Source: Chrysomallon squamiferum
Taxonomy: Eukaryota > Animalia > Mollusca
Reading direction: 5' to 3'
Assembly: GCA_012295275.1 (NCBI GenBank)
Contig: CM022665.1
Span: 13,330,001 to 13,394,000, forward strand
DNA: 64,000 bases
Of this stretch, positions 1-14,107 are shown piece after piece. Both the position numbers and the translations under genes were made by a program. Every line of letters starts with the position of its first letter. Position 1 is the first letter of the stretch. The notes below the pieces were generated by a model that saw only the letters and a program-made list of their open reading frames with translations, searched no databases and was not told the origin of the DNA.

Positions 1-576
1 AAATTCTGATAGACCACTTTTACAGAAAGTTAAACTACAGCAGCATAAGCGCAGTACAACAAAATAAAAAATCGAATGTGTAAATAGAATTTGAAATTTA
101 AAAAGGTAATGAGGTTAAATATGAAATATTAACATAAAATAATAATTACAAATACTATCATTAAAAACATGTTTTAAAAGTAAATAAACAAAAGCACATA
201 TCTGCACATATATAAAAAATAATGATATGGCAAGAGCAAAACGTGCTTTCAACATATTATATTATAATACACATAGATATTTGAATGTTTTAGCCACTGC
301 ACTGTCAATATGACATAAGCCTCTGGTATTATTTTTCTGTACATTAAGGCACACACTTTTTCTTCTGTAATACATTTTATGAAGCACATACAATATGAAT
401 GGTTATCTGTTTTTTCCAATGGAGTGACAGGCATATTTATTACAACCTAATATTGTTGATAATGATTCAGCCTATGCAGGTTATATACAGGTTACTGGAC
501 TGGCTGTTATAGATAATCAGTCCTATTTTGACTGCAGACTATTAGTTGTATTTTAATCTCTTGACCTAATCACCAA

Positions 577-3500
577 TCATGTATTAACCATGGGAGCTGA
601 TTTCCTTCTAGACATCATCACAGCTGGCTTCAGATATTGCTGCAGGAAGGAAATGCCCAATGGTTGCCTAGCAACCATTTCTTCAAAAGGATATCTTTCT
701 GAATTTGATTTAGATGGACCAAAATCAATCTATATGGAAAAATGAAATAAATAAACATAAACATAAACATAAACATAAACATAAACATAAACATAAAAAT
801 AACACTAACACTAAATATAAATACTTTTAGTCAGAAGATTAATACAAAATTATTAAAATGTCTCTAATTAAAAAAAATTAAGACAACAGTTGTAAGTTAA
901 ATACATTTTTTTTTTACCTGCATAAGGTAAGTAACCATAGAACATGTTTTTCTGTCTTTCCTCACTGGTTCAATAATCCAGCCACTCGGAAGCACCTAAT
1001 AATGGAACAAGAAAATCACATTTGACTAATTCATTTATTTTAATCATTTCCAAACAAAGCTGCCACTTGGTATACCAAGCTTTTATTTTTAACTGTCTTA
1101 ACTATTTATTATCATTATTATGTTGTTGTAGTTGCTGGTATTATTATTATTATTTTTAATTAAATAAGTTAATATTAACACCACTTCTACTCTTGACAAA
1201 TAGTTAACTTTGTAAATATTCTTTTTAACTTTCTGAACTGACATTTAACCTCTATTGTATTTATAGTTATTATTACTGCTTAGTAAATATTTAATTTTTT
1301 GGATAAATTCTGACATAATTTTAACCTTTTTTTTTGTAAATATTTAATCTGTTCACCATAACTTAACAATGTCAAGTAATAAGAAACAAAAAAAAAAAAC
1401 ATTCCACACAAACTACACACATATATTTTGGTTGACATTTAACCTTTATCAAATTATATTCTGTTTGTTTCACCTTTGCCCTGACTGTGCCAGGTTGTAG
1501 AGGAACTTTATAGTCTACTGACTCATATGTGAGAACATATCTATCACTCTCCACCCTCTCACTCTGTAACATACAGATATCACAGGCCTCTTTCTTCAGT
1601 AACTGTTGAACCTCATGATACATGTGAACTAGAGAACAAAAAATAATATTTAATAAAAACTACTATTTAGAGTAATAGTGAGGATGGCATGAAAATAAAA
1701 AGATGATCAAATCCACAATCTGAGAGAAAATATCCTAACAGAAATCTCATTTTTCACAGCCACCATTTTATACTTGGAATAACATGCAATTATCTTTAAT
1801 TTGATTTACCACACCTCACACTGACTGTCCAGGACTTTGAATACAAATCTCAGTTTACTATATCATATGAAGATTTCACTTAAGTGAATTTTACTATAAA
1901 ATATGTAAGTTTTCCAAAATATATAGATAATCAATTATTCATTATCATTAATATTATTAACATTATAAAAGCATTTAGTGATTATCACACTACCATAACT
2001 GTTAAGATTTTGTATTATCTGTCACATTTATATCTTTTTATATTTAATTAACATTTTAATACTTACCTATTTTGATAGTGTTTCCTATTGTTTCCAAAAT
2101 GTCAACTTTCTGTAACAGTAAGAAACTTATAATGTATAAAGTTATAATTTACTAAAATATGAATAAAATGTTTAAGTGTAATTCCTAAAAACTGAAATAT
2201 GATAATGGCAGAAACAGTTTTAACTCATTATTATTCAGTAAAATTATAACAATTATTTTGCTAATGGTCCTTACTTTGATATGGTCAAGAGGCTTGATTA
2301 ATTCTCATTCAGAAAGATGTACAAGTGCTAGGTTAGGTTTTTGGGAGAATTAATTAATGGTATTGGTAAAAAGGTAAAGGCTACACTAATACTGATGAGT
2401 TAACCCAAACAGTTTGTCAGGAACTGGTTGATCACAGCTCAGTGCACAATTTTTCTAGCAAATGTTCAGTTCAGAAACAAAATATTTTTCTTTAATAAAA
2501 GAACATTATAAGAGAATTTTCTATGACTGTGTAAAACAATTCAGCAATTTTTATGGCAAACAAATCATATTTTATACATTTAGGAACGTAGTTTTAAATC
2601 TTCTGGATTTGATTTATTAAGTGTATCAGTAAGTTAATTTTAAAGGTATAACAGAGTAGAAAATGTGTGATTGTAAGTACATATTTAATTAACTATTTTC
2701 ACAGTATAGAAAATACAAGATTACATAAATATGTATTAATTCATAATACAGACAGTATTTGACTGTGTAAGTATGTACTTAAGTAAAGAATATTTACTTT
2801 GAGTGATTCATCATATGTAAATCGTGTTCTAGGATTGCGTACAGCATCCCAGACAGTCTGAGCAGGAGCCTGAATCAAACCTTTACCAAGATAACTGAAA
2901 CAGACAGAATCAATAATTTTCAAACCTTTCAAAACTTGTTAATAAACAAATCAAACCTTTCAAAAATATATCAGATTAACAATTTTGTGAATGTAACTAA
3001 TATTTTAATTTCTGTTATTAATGTAACAAAATATTTATACATCTTTCTTTCTTTTTTGTTACCAGATAATAGATTTTGTAATCATTTAGACTGTACTATT
3101 CAGGCTTTGACTGGGCAATCCAGTCACCAATGATCACAAATACCAAGTTGGTCTATGTGAGTATAATACATTTTATTTTTTCATTTTGGGCTGTAACAGT
3201 AACATTTAAGTGATCTGCTTATATTCAATATTTTGCATTTCACTCTCTCACAGATTTATGGATCAAATACTATCAGCAGGCACTTTCATTCACACTTTGA
3301 ATAATTAATGCCTACAGTTGTTAATTTTACTTTATTTATTAGATTATATTTGGAAAATGGTTGCTTTCTTCCAACTTCAAGGTCAGAAGAAAAAGACAGA
3401 AAAATCAGACAAGAAAAAGTGTTGTATATTGAATTTAAAAACTACTGATCTAACTTGCCTTTGCACAGTGCTTCCAGGCTTGAATATTCTTTTTAAAACT

Positions 3501-6500
3501 ACAACATCACTGTCAAAGCTGTAAAATCTGAAAATAGTTTGTTACTTTCCATCAAAATATATTCTTCAACATTACTGTTTTATATTCTGTGTCAGTAATC
3601 AAAATTAATAAAGAGAAGGCAATTTCAAAATTATATCATGAATATTCGAAGAAATAATGCACAACTTCAGATATAATTCTGTTTTAGTAACATTTCTAAA
3701 AATTGACATCAACAGCACATACAAATACAGAGAAAGTCAGAGACAAACAAAGGATTATTTGAGGTATGTTTCACACACAACTTACATCCAGCCTTCAGAG
3801 ACTTCTGTTTGGTTATCCAGTGTCTTGTCCAATTTTACACAGGATGCTTTTAATGCCTGAATAAAAAATACACAATATTATATAACAGTTTATATATTAC
3901 ATATATGCACATAAATTCCTTAGTGTGTTAATGCATCTTTCTTTCTTTTTATGTAAATGTATAGATGTATATTCACAAGTACATGTGTTTTCATAACTTT
4001 ATATGTACAAATATATTATCTGTGGATGTGCCTCTGTATGTTTCTGTATATATCAAATAATCATTTTGATACCAAATATTTCAAATTTTTGGCAACAAGC
4101 TATTATGAATAATCAGTAATAAAGTATAATTAAGTTTACTTTCTTATAACATTAATGATTACGTAATTACTTATTTTTGTCATGCTATCATTTAAAAATG
4201 ATAAAAATAAAAATAAAATAAAACAACAACACAAAAAATTATACTTTAAAATGAGCTCAGAACTGTGATATTTAATAAGAAAGTTGATTAAATTACAAAC
4301 CTGAGCTAACACTTCGGCAGCTGCCTGATTTGCCTGCACTTTATAGTTTGTACATTCTGGATCTAAATAAAACAGTAACTAATATATATATTCATAGGCA
4401 GAATCAATCTATAATTAATGTTACCAACAAAAATTATGAACAATTAGGAAAGTATTTTGATTTCTACAGATATATTTTTAATTCTAAATATATCAAGAAC
4501 AGTATATAACAAAATTACTTTGTTTTTCTTCATATATAATACAAATAATTTCCTACTATTTCATACTTGATTTTACTAACAATGAAATTATAGTTTGGTA
4601 CAGTCTTGTTTGTCTGCAAATGTAAACACTTACATATTTATTTTATTTTATTATTTTATAAAGGCAAATTATAGTAATTTTACTTTTTATATTGAATATT
4701 TTATTAAAAAAAGAAAAAGGAAAAAACATTGTCTATAAAATACTGTAATTAAACTACCAGATGCAACAAACGTATACATATTTTTTAAAACTCTAAGGAA
4801 AGCATCATGCCCACACAAACTGTAAACATGCTTGTTACCAGAGATAAACCAATTGTAAATACCAATGTTCTCTGCTTCTTCTTCCACAGAATCAGGTGTC
4901 TGTTGCCTGTCCATCTGACTTCTAGGTGAGCTCCGACTAGTGACATCACTTTGTGATCTCTGTAAAGCTTTCTTTCTGTGTTTTGGAGTGATGTCATTCT
5001 GTGACAATGCAGAATCTGTTCTGTCTGTAGATTCTCCCTCAGGATGACTCTTAATATCACCTTCTGAGCCTGATGCTGTGGACTGGAAACGAAGGATGCT
5101 GGAACACAACTTAAATTCCTGTTTCTGTGACTCCATCATACTTGTTCCTTGAGCTGTTCTTTCAATGAAGTTTTTAAATTTGGTTAGTAATTTTGTATGC
5201 CGTTTTGAATCTGATTTGGGATCAGGGGTAACATTTTCAGACAAGGGTTGTTTCCTTGGTGTTGAACATTCCTCAGGAAGGGATATACTTAAAAAGGGGG
5301 TGGTTAAAAGTCTGCGATGGCCAAGATATTCATCCAGGGAGCAGAGAAATGCTGCAACCACGTCAACTGAATCTGAAGAACCTAGATGTCTGTTCCATGT
5401 TGCTATGGTGACAAGACTTTGATCCACTTCTAGAAAAGCCACATACAATTAAGGATTGTTGTAAAATTTATTAAAAGCATAGCTGTGAAATAAAACATCA
5501 ACAGAAAATAGGCCAAAAAAATTATAATTATAAAATACAATTGTTAAATAAAAATTTAATATTAAAAAAAGAAAAGAAAAAAGAAACAACAATTTTAGTA
5601 TGGTAGCACTTGAATAGCAATTTACTTAAAGTTGGATTAACAACATCACAAAATTTAAAAAAGGTACATTTGCATTAAACATATGTCTCTGTAATAATAG
5701 TATAAAGTACAAAATTAAAAGGAATTTAAATGTTCTACTGAAATAAATAATTTTTACTATCAGATGTATATTTTAGTTAGATGTGGTTTGTTTTACTTGG
5801 ATATTATTTCAAATTGTTTTTATGATATTGGTAGTGGTCCCATGTACATTTTCACTGATATGTTGATAAAATGCACAGATTAATCATAACTTGTTATCTA
5901 AAAATGTAACAAAATACACTGTGGTAGTTCAAAATTTTCTGAAACGTTTTTGCCTTTTCGATGAATTCATTTTCTTATTTCAATACCCACTTATAACCAA
6001 AAGGAATTTTGTAAATTTACCAAATATATCTAAATTATAAGCTTATTTGTTATTTTCCTTCATAAATGTCTAAAGCTGAAAATATTCTTCATATTTTATA
6101 ATACAAATTTCATTAAAATTAAATATATTACACTGTAAATATTAACAGGTATTTTTTAACAGACATCAATCACCACTAAGTATATTTAATTGAGAAAGAA
6201 TTGTTTTACCATAAATAAAATGTCTGTCACAAACATGCTAAAAGACTGAACATTAAAGCATACATTGATCAAACCTAATGACTAATATGTACATGTCAAC
6301 AAAAAATATATTGACTAAACCAACATTCTACATGTATCTGTCACTAACAAGCCAAAACACAGAATATTAAACCTAATATTGGTTAAATCAATACATGTTA
6401 CCATATGCTGTATCTATTGAACCATATAATGATATATTATAACAGAATTTTATACATCTGTTGCTAACAAGCCATGAAACAGAATATTAAGTCTAATAGT

Positions 6501-9500
6501 AGTAATACTGACCAGTTGATTAAATAAATACCAGTTACCACATGCTATGCATATTAAACTATATATTACCTAAACTGACCTTTAATGCCAAACCAAATTT
6601 CTAGAGGCTGTCAGAGATAATCATGTACCTGTTACCCACATGCCACACATATCAAACCATATATTAACTAAAGCGATCTTCAGTGCTGACTATTAAGTAT
6701 TATATGGACCAAACCAGTTTCTTGAGGCAGCCAGAGACAGATATAAACCTGTTACCCACATGCCAGGTGACATAATATTAAACCGTATACTGACCAAACC
6801 AACCTTCAACAGGCTGTGTGAGATAGAACTCCCAAGTTTGGAGTTCCTCATTCATCTGCAAAAACCAGCAACAGCCATTGTCTTCACGATGCCAGTATCT
6901 GCAACAGTGTAAACAATATTGCTATGATTCACAAATCAGTTTATTTAAATCTTGTTTATTATGTACAGTTCTGGTCATGGAGTTCCAAAATATTTTAAAG
7001 GACATCCACGTAGAAAAAGTGTGAGTATAACCAATTTGAATTACTAAAATACCTCTGATACTTTTGGATAATAAAATAAAATGTAAAACTAATACCAGTT
7101 CTTGTCAGCCCTGTAAAATGTTACACTTATAAAATATATGAACATTTTTGTCCTCATAATAAAGTGAAAGAAAGAAAGAAAGAAAAGAAAAATGAATATG
7201 AAAAAACAAAATCAATTCAAACAAAAGTGTACTCATTCAGTGTAAATAAAAATAATTTTATTAGTAATTCTTAGAAAAGATATTAGATACAAGACTGTCC
7301 TAAGGTTTTCTTGTGTTTCACAGAATTACAGAACTGTCAGTGCAAGTACTTAGTTTTGTAAAAAAATAAGGAACAATAAAGCAAATTTATGAAATTCTTT
7401 TCTAAAAGGAGAAATACATTGTGAATCACTGAGAAACACTGGTGCCACCTTGTGGTTCTGTAAGAACACTGGGCAGTGGTAGAAATCATATTTATTTATA
7501 ATTATATAAATGATTATAACTACACTACATAATTCACTGTACTTGTATCACACAAGTATTTGAAATGGGAGTTCTGAAAAATAAAAGGTTATGAACCACT
7601 GGCTTAGATAATACCTAGATTACTTATTATAATACTTAAAGCATCAAAAAGATGGTAAAGTACCTTTTGTATTCTTGTGTTGTTGTTTCAGTGACATTAG
7701 ATTCCCACCACTTATCAAACCACCTTGATTTTGGTGAACAGATTCTTTCTTCTGTTATAATGTCATGTTTTACAGGAACTGAGGATACTCCTTTCACTTT
7801 GGAGGAAATTTCTAAAGCAGAAACACCTTTAACTGATGAAGTGGCTACTACTGCTGGCTTCCATTCACATGTCAACTTGATGTCTTTGAAAATCTGTAGT
7901 AATGCCTGAAAACAAAATTTGTTTTGTTTGTGTCTTAACTATTAAAATAATTTGTAATTTTGATGGTGGAAACAAAAATACAATTTACACAGAGTGGGGA
8001 TGCAGCAATTTACAGTCATTTATTCAATCTTTCATATATTATTTTTCACATTTCTGCATATACAAGCAATAGTAATAAAACAAATGAGAAAATGTTTTCT
8101 CCAAGTATCCTCATAAAACTATTATCTTAATATCATTCTATATCAGTAGCAGAAATGACATACAAATTTTTTTAATAATTATCAAATGATTTAATAGCCA
8201 TGGTTGGAACAAATAACATGAAAACAGTATGATAATCATGAAAATAGTCTATGAAAACAAATGAGTGGCTATCATTTTTTTTCTTCTTTTTTGTGTCCTT
8301 TCAGATTCTGTCTTAATATCTTATAGTTATAAAGTAAATCATTGGCAAAGGTATCAATCCAACATGTTCCTTTTCACATTTTAGTTAAGTGCATCCTCTG
8401 TGCTTTTCATATATTTGTTTTATTACTATCATACTTTACTATAAGCTATGCTTAATTCCTTGGTACCAATAAAACAATCATTTAATTGTATACGAAAAGA
8501 ATTCAATCATTTTGTTTGCACCTTTACAGATATACTTAATGTATCATGATAGATATTATTTTTAACAAGAGACAGATTTAGATAAAAGCTGCCAATTTAA
8601 AGAAACTGAACATAATTCTGGACCTCTCAAAATATCAGTTCATTTATTGCAAAGCTTCAGTTTCTTTTAACTCTGTAGTTACCCATGTCTAAATTTAACT
8701 CTGTTATTACAGAAGTTCAAACCTGTGAAGATGCTCTCAGTTTGCAGAAACTACTAAACACTTTGATGCTGGCTGTGTTGAAATTGAGAGGAACTGTAAG
8801 GTAATTAAACCAAACACGATGTCCATGGCTGACATGATCTATCTTCCAACCTTTGTGACATGACACTGGAAATGGCTGAAATTATATGCATTATCATCAT
8901 CATCATTATTTGTGTAAATAGCTGAAACTAGATATAGCAGTGAAGCTTGTGAAACAGTTCTAACAATGTCTCTAAACTAATATATACATGTGTGTGTTAT
9001 AGGGTGTGTAATAGGAGATATATCATATCTTATAATCAATGTGATGTAGAACACAAAATTATATGTGGGTCTGTGTTTTTAGGGCAAACATAATTAATAC
9101 AAGGTATGTAGTCTATAATCTGAAATGAATTATTTCAGATAACTGTTATACTTTATAATACTGAGATATATTTTGTTATGAATTTCCTTATAGCATTACA
9201 TAGTAATAATTGTATAAAGTTTTAAAACTCAGTTACTATAAAACAAATAATTACAACATTGAGTTGCATGATTAATAATAATAACTGGACACCAAAAAGC
9301 TTAAATAACTTATATTCACCTTTGATACTTTTAAAAGATCCATTACTTCTTCTGCAGTAAACTGTTCCTGATTCTAAAATTTAAAAAAAAAAAAAAAAGT
9401 TGAATCTTATATGCACCCCACCCCTCTGAATGTACAATCTTTTTCATACTAAATGCTTCAATATACATCTTTGGCTACATTTACAAATTGTTGTTTTTAA

Positions 9501-9808
9501 ATCTGTTATAAGAATATGGTGAGATATTCTGAGCAGTATTGACAAATTCAGAGAACGGGCAAATTATATTCTCTTCAAATTTCAAGTATTATTACTGAGA
9601 GGCCTGTAATTAGCAGCCTGCATAACACAGTTGATAGTTTCTTAGTCATGTTACTGTGACAGCTGGCTTTTAATATGTACATTACCAAAACCTCTGTGTA
9701 TCATGGCTACTGCCCCTTTGAGAATATTATATTGTATTATAAATAAAAATAATAATAATTAAAATTATTTTTTCTTTTAAATTGTTGTCATGTTACTTAC
9801 ATTTCTAG

Positions 9809-9874
<66 letters not shown>

Positions 9875-10623
9875 GTGTGTGTGTGTGTTTCTCTGTATAG
9901 TTTCCAGATTATTTGGAACACAAAAACACTTCTAGAAAATTCTGGCTAAAGTATTAATACAGATTTAGACTACATTTCAAGCAATTTAACTGCTAAGTAT
10001 AATCTTAATTACCAAATGGATAATTTGTAAAAGTGACAATGAATATTTCAATGGATGTGAATGGATATAGTGGGTTATTTGTGTCTTCTTGCATTACTTC
10101 TTCTTTTTTTTTTTTTATTATAATGTAATACCTACCTAACAGTCTGTTTTAAACATTCTGTGTGAATGATCAGATTTTAAAAATTCTTTAAAATTATAAT
10201 GAAATGTGTAAGGCTACTGCTTCAAAATAAAAACATAAAAGTCCTTGCTGTATGACTCTCTTTAAATTAATCAGTTGTTGCAAAAAACGAAGGTAGATCA
10301 GTCTAAATGTAAGATTATTATTATTTAATGTGAAATATGTTAACATCATCATTAAATCATGCAGTTAATAACTGAGTTATACAATCGAATCATACATGGC
10401 GGACAACCTGTTGCTTTGCGAATCATTACCATACTAAAACAGCATCACTATATATATTTACAAACTGCAACCAAAATAAATAAACATAAATAATAATAGT
10501 TTAAACCTTGCTGAATACATAAGCTCGTCCACTGATCCATCCTAGAAGGGATAGGTATCTGAAACTTAAAAAAACTAAAGAGACCAGAATGCTAGCGAAA
10601 GCGGATAGATACAGCAACTCCAT
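577..10623 (-). CDS. START-domain lipid-transfer protein (STARD9-type C-terminal START domain, N-terminal hydrophobic anchor), 14 coding exons, ~651 aa
   Basis: Exons read on the minus strand: 10507-10623, 9320-9373, 8723-8875, 7664-7905, 6804-6898, 4863-5429, 4301-4362, 3786-3856, 3459-3527, 2798-2894, 2067-2109, 1474-1628, 918-995, 577-729. All junctions are AG/GT except one GC donor, phases chain correctly, and the total is 1956 nt. The C-terminus (EGWIFYSFDSDVVVLKR...SYLGKGLIQAPAQTVWDAVRNP...VRAKVLPSGWIIEPV...SMVTYLMQIDFG...RQPLGISFLQQYL) resembles the START domain of vertebrate STARD9 as I recall it. The N-terminus MELLYLSAFASILVSLVFLSFRYLSLLGW is hydrophobic. Confidence 0.85.
751..796. 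repeat. (ATAAAC)n hexanucleotide repeat in the last intron of the START gene
   Basis: About 7 direct copies visible. Confidence 0.9.
6215..6830. repeat. Degenerate intronic tandem repeat array abutting START-gene exon 5
   Basis: Recurrent blocks: 'cctgttacccacatgcc' (x2), 'acagaatattaa' (x2), 'ctaacaagcc' (x2) and 'ccaaacca...gaggc'. Confidence 0.6.
9810..9888. repeat. (TG)n microsatellite
   Basis: Direct reading. Confidence 0.95.
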
Positions 10624-10861
10624 ATTTTCACTCTTCCTGATATGTACGCAACAGAGATTCACAATTATCTACACTGTCCATGACTCATTCTGGTATCATG
10701 TGTTACCAAATTTTAAAATCGACTTATCCGTAGGTTGTATTTTTCTTCAAGCTGCATTTAATTTCCAGTCATGTGATGTCGGCTGTCGAAGTTTTGTTTG
10801 TTTAGGAAATAAATATGGAGTTATTTCCCTTACATTATTATTATTATTATTATTATTATTT

Positions 10862-10902
<41 letters not shown>

Positions 10903-12755
10903 GTTACACTACACCATTTAATTTTTCGTTCTTCACAAATCTATTGTAGGCTTGCTTAATGTAATGTTTAAAAGACAGATAATATTTTAGCAGACTCGGT
11001 GACAGGTTAATGAGGACTTAATATTATGCAACATAAATTCAGAGCCATAACAACGTATGTATTAATTACATTGACTTGATAGTTTAACAAAGTTTTATTT
11101 TATCCTAATAAAAACGACTAAAACTGATTAATATGTTTCTAATTAATATTTACAGCTATAACGTTAGTTTGGTGTAATTTAAAATAAAGTAACATTTAAA
11201 ACAACCTTTATCGAAGCAGTAGTCTGTTAGTTATTATTGAAATATACACATACGTGTGTGTGTATGATTCTAAACTGCAATAAGAAAAACTAATTTAAAT
11301 CATCAGATCGCTTCTTAAAAAAGAACAATCCTAAGAAGAAAATATAAAACACTACAGTTATGTTAGATTAAAAATCTTTATTTGGGACTCGTGTTATCAT
11401 TATCATGTTCCAAATCAATGTAATTAAAATCCGTTTTACAGAATCCAAATTAAGATAAGTTATATTTCTGATAGTGTAGATTTAAATATTTAAAAAAAAA
11501 TAAGAACTTCAGTATATTAATATTACAAAAGTATGGACAAAACAATCGCAGATTTAGTTTGATATAAGAACTGAAATTTATAGAATGTACGTTTTAAATT
11601 ATAACTTGTGACTATTAAAATGTTATTGAATGTTTTAATAGGCGATTAAAAATAAATAATATGTTTTTAAAAAGGCGAGTTTTTCTGTTGTATGTCGATA
11701 GTAGTTTTTTCTACCATATTATCATTTGAAATCATAACGTGATGACACTTTAGAATTGCTGATATTAAAATATGTTGACCTATTGTTAAATATTTAATTA
11801 TATTTATTCATTTGTTAACTTACTTGTTCTTCTACATTTCTGTTATATATCTTTTTCAAAGAATTATAAACCTAACTTCAACACACACACACACACACAC
11901 ACAAACGTGTAACGATAATGTTCTATGTCTATTACTTTTTCTTCTTACTATTATTACTGATGCTATTATAGCTGTTTATTAGTTTAACATTATCTGACTG
12001 AAACATGCCCACTTTGAAAACTCTGGATTATCTGCCATTACACCATTACAGTGTGATCTTTTGTTTAGTGTGTTCGAAGATTAGTTAGACTAAATATAGG
12101 AGGCATACGGTTTATACCTACACTCATAATAAACCTACACATCAGGCGTCATCGCCCTGTCGCAGAAGCTACAAAACGTATCGACAGCTTATTATAGAAA
12201 ATTTTACTTCTATTCAAATTTTGAGTTCGATCAGAGACCATCGATCTATTATCTAATTACGACAGACTTGAAAGTGTAAAACCAATATACAACGCCCTCC
12301 AAATCTTCCTTAACAAATGAGAACATGAACCTAGGCTTTAGAGTTGCCGTGAATTTAATACGACTACTAGGTAATGTGGGTCAATAAACCGAATGGGCCC
12401 GGAAGAAGATTATTAATTATTCACGGTGATCTTGTTCTTTGCAAATGAACCGTGAAGCACTGGCTTACTGGTATATTATTCGTGTACTCAAACGAACGGT
12501 AACACGTAAAAGTGACATACATTATAATACTCTGACGTTTGATCAGCACGTACACTAACAGTGATAAAAGTTCACAGGGTGGTCCCGGTTCTGCGGTGCT
12601 TCAGTCCCAGCGGACATAAGAACCTGGACGTTTCATTCATTCATTTTTTTTTTTCTTACAAATAAAAAATAATTAGGAGTTTTTCTCTGGAAATTTGATT
12701 CATTTGTTCATTCATGTTACAAATATAAAAGGAATTTTTCCAGTAAGTAGTTTAC

Positions 12756-12980
12756 ATTTTTGAGTAAGTGTTCCGATAGTGAAGCAAAACAATAAATTGT
12801 TTTCATTTATTTATTTATTTATAATTTCTTTTTATTATTTTATTATTTTTTTTTTTTTTTTTTTTTTTTTTTATTTGTACTAGATACCAGCCTTTGTTTA
12901 AAAAAAAATAAAAAAAAATAAAATCTCGAAAGGATACACGATGTCGATTACTACAGTAAAAGTTTTACTGTCAATTTACG
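12756..12980 (+). repeat. Direct repeat copy 1 (~225 bp)
   Basis: Near-identical to 13973-14219 (atttttgagtaagtgttccgatagtga...aaatctcgaaaggatacacgatgtcgattactacagtaaa...caatttacg), differing mainly in homopolymer tracts. Confidence 0.9.
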
Positions 12981-13972
12981 TAATGACGTCACAAAAAGTG
13001 TAATCTCTATTCAGCTACTCGTATTTTATTATTACGTGTTTTATAAAAAAAAAAAAAAAAAAAAAACCGCAATAATCCTCGTAAATGTACCTAATTATGT
13101 AGGCTAATTGTTCGTAAGAATAATTTTCCATTCAAACATATATCGGTGTTAAAATAGCTCTCACTGACAGCAAACGAATCCCTGCATATTTTTATATTAA
13201 AAATATAAATCTTCTCCTACTCATATATTCATAAAACAGAATCATTAAAATGCATGGTTGGATCGTTTCAGGCCAATTCAGTGATAAAAGTTCACTAGGT
13301 GGGTCTGAATCCCGGGGGATATAATTAAAATTTCACTCAGGTAAGAAACACAATTAGCACATTTCCATCTGTCACTAAATTTATGTTCATTAAATTTATT
13401 CGTATCGTTATTAAAATAATAAAATAAAGAAGGTTAACCTGTCGGTACAGCACTGGCACTCCTTCTGGGCACATCTGTTAGGCTATATTCCTTTCCAGAC
13501 TGTGACCCATGACTGCTATGTTGAGATTTTTTCCAGTTTAGGGGAAAGCATGTACAAAAGTTCTTACTGGTAATCGGTAAGAACTGCAAACAGTCCAATA
13601 ATTTTTTTCCATATCACTTAAACATGATATATACCATATAACCGTGAAAACTAAATGTATTGCTTATATATATTCTGATAATAAATAATAATGAAAGAAT
13701 AATAAAAATCATATTCCTATCATCAGTGCAACCCAGATGTTGTGTTCAAATACTGTCAGAGGAGGAAACAATGTTGAAATGCTCGACCGTGAAATTTATA
13801 ATGCGATGTAAATATGCCTCAGTGTTCCAGAGTTGCACATTCTACAGAAACATGAAGCAGATGACTGCCTTATCGAATGAAAAAATACTGAAAACTTCAC
13901 AAAATTATACTTTTACTTTAAACATTAAAAGAGACAAATGTGTATTGGCTAAATAAAGCTGTGCAAAACTGA

Positions 13973-14076
13973 ATTTTTGAGTAAGTGTTCCGATAGTGAT
14001 GCAAAACAATAAATTGTTTTCATTTATTTATTTATTTATAATTTCTTTTCATTTCTTTTTTATTTTTATTTGTATT

Positions 14077-14107
<31 letters not shown>

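Noticed and set aside
5165-5422. Plus-strand ORFs overlapping real minus-strand exons (also 7652-7909, 50940-51140, 54528-54752, 59136-59435, 60965-61171)
   Set aside because: Antisense shadows of START, PAXX and ALDH16 exons
12575-12635. Twister or hammerhead ribozyme in the GC-rich hairpin
   Set aside because: The conserved catalytic-core nucleotides and pseudoknot pairings could not be placed
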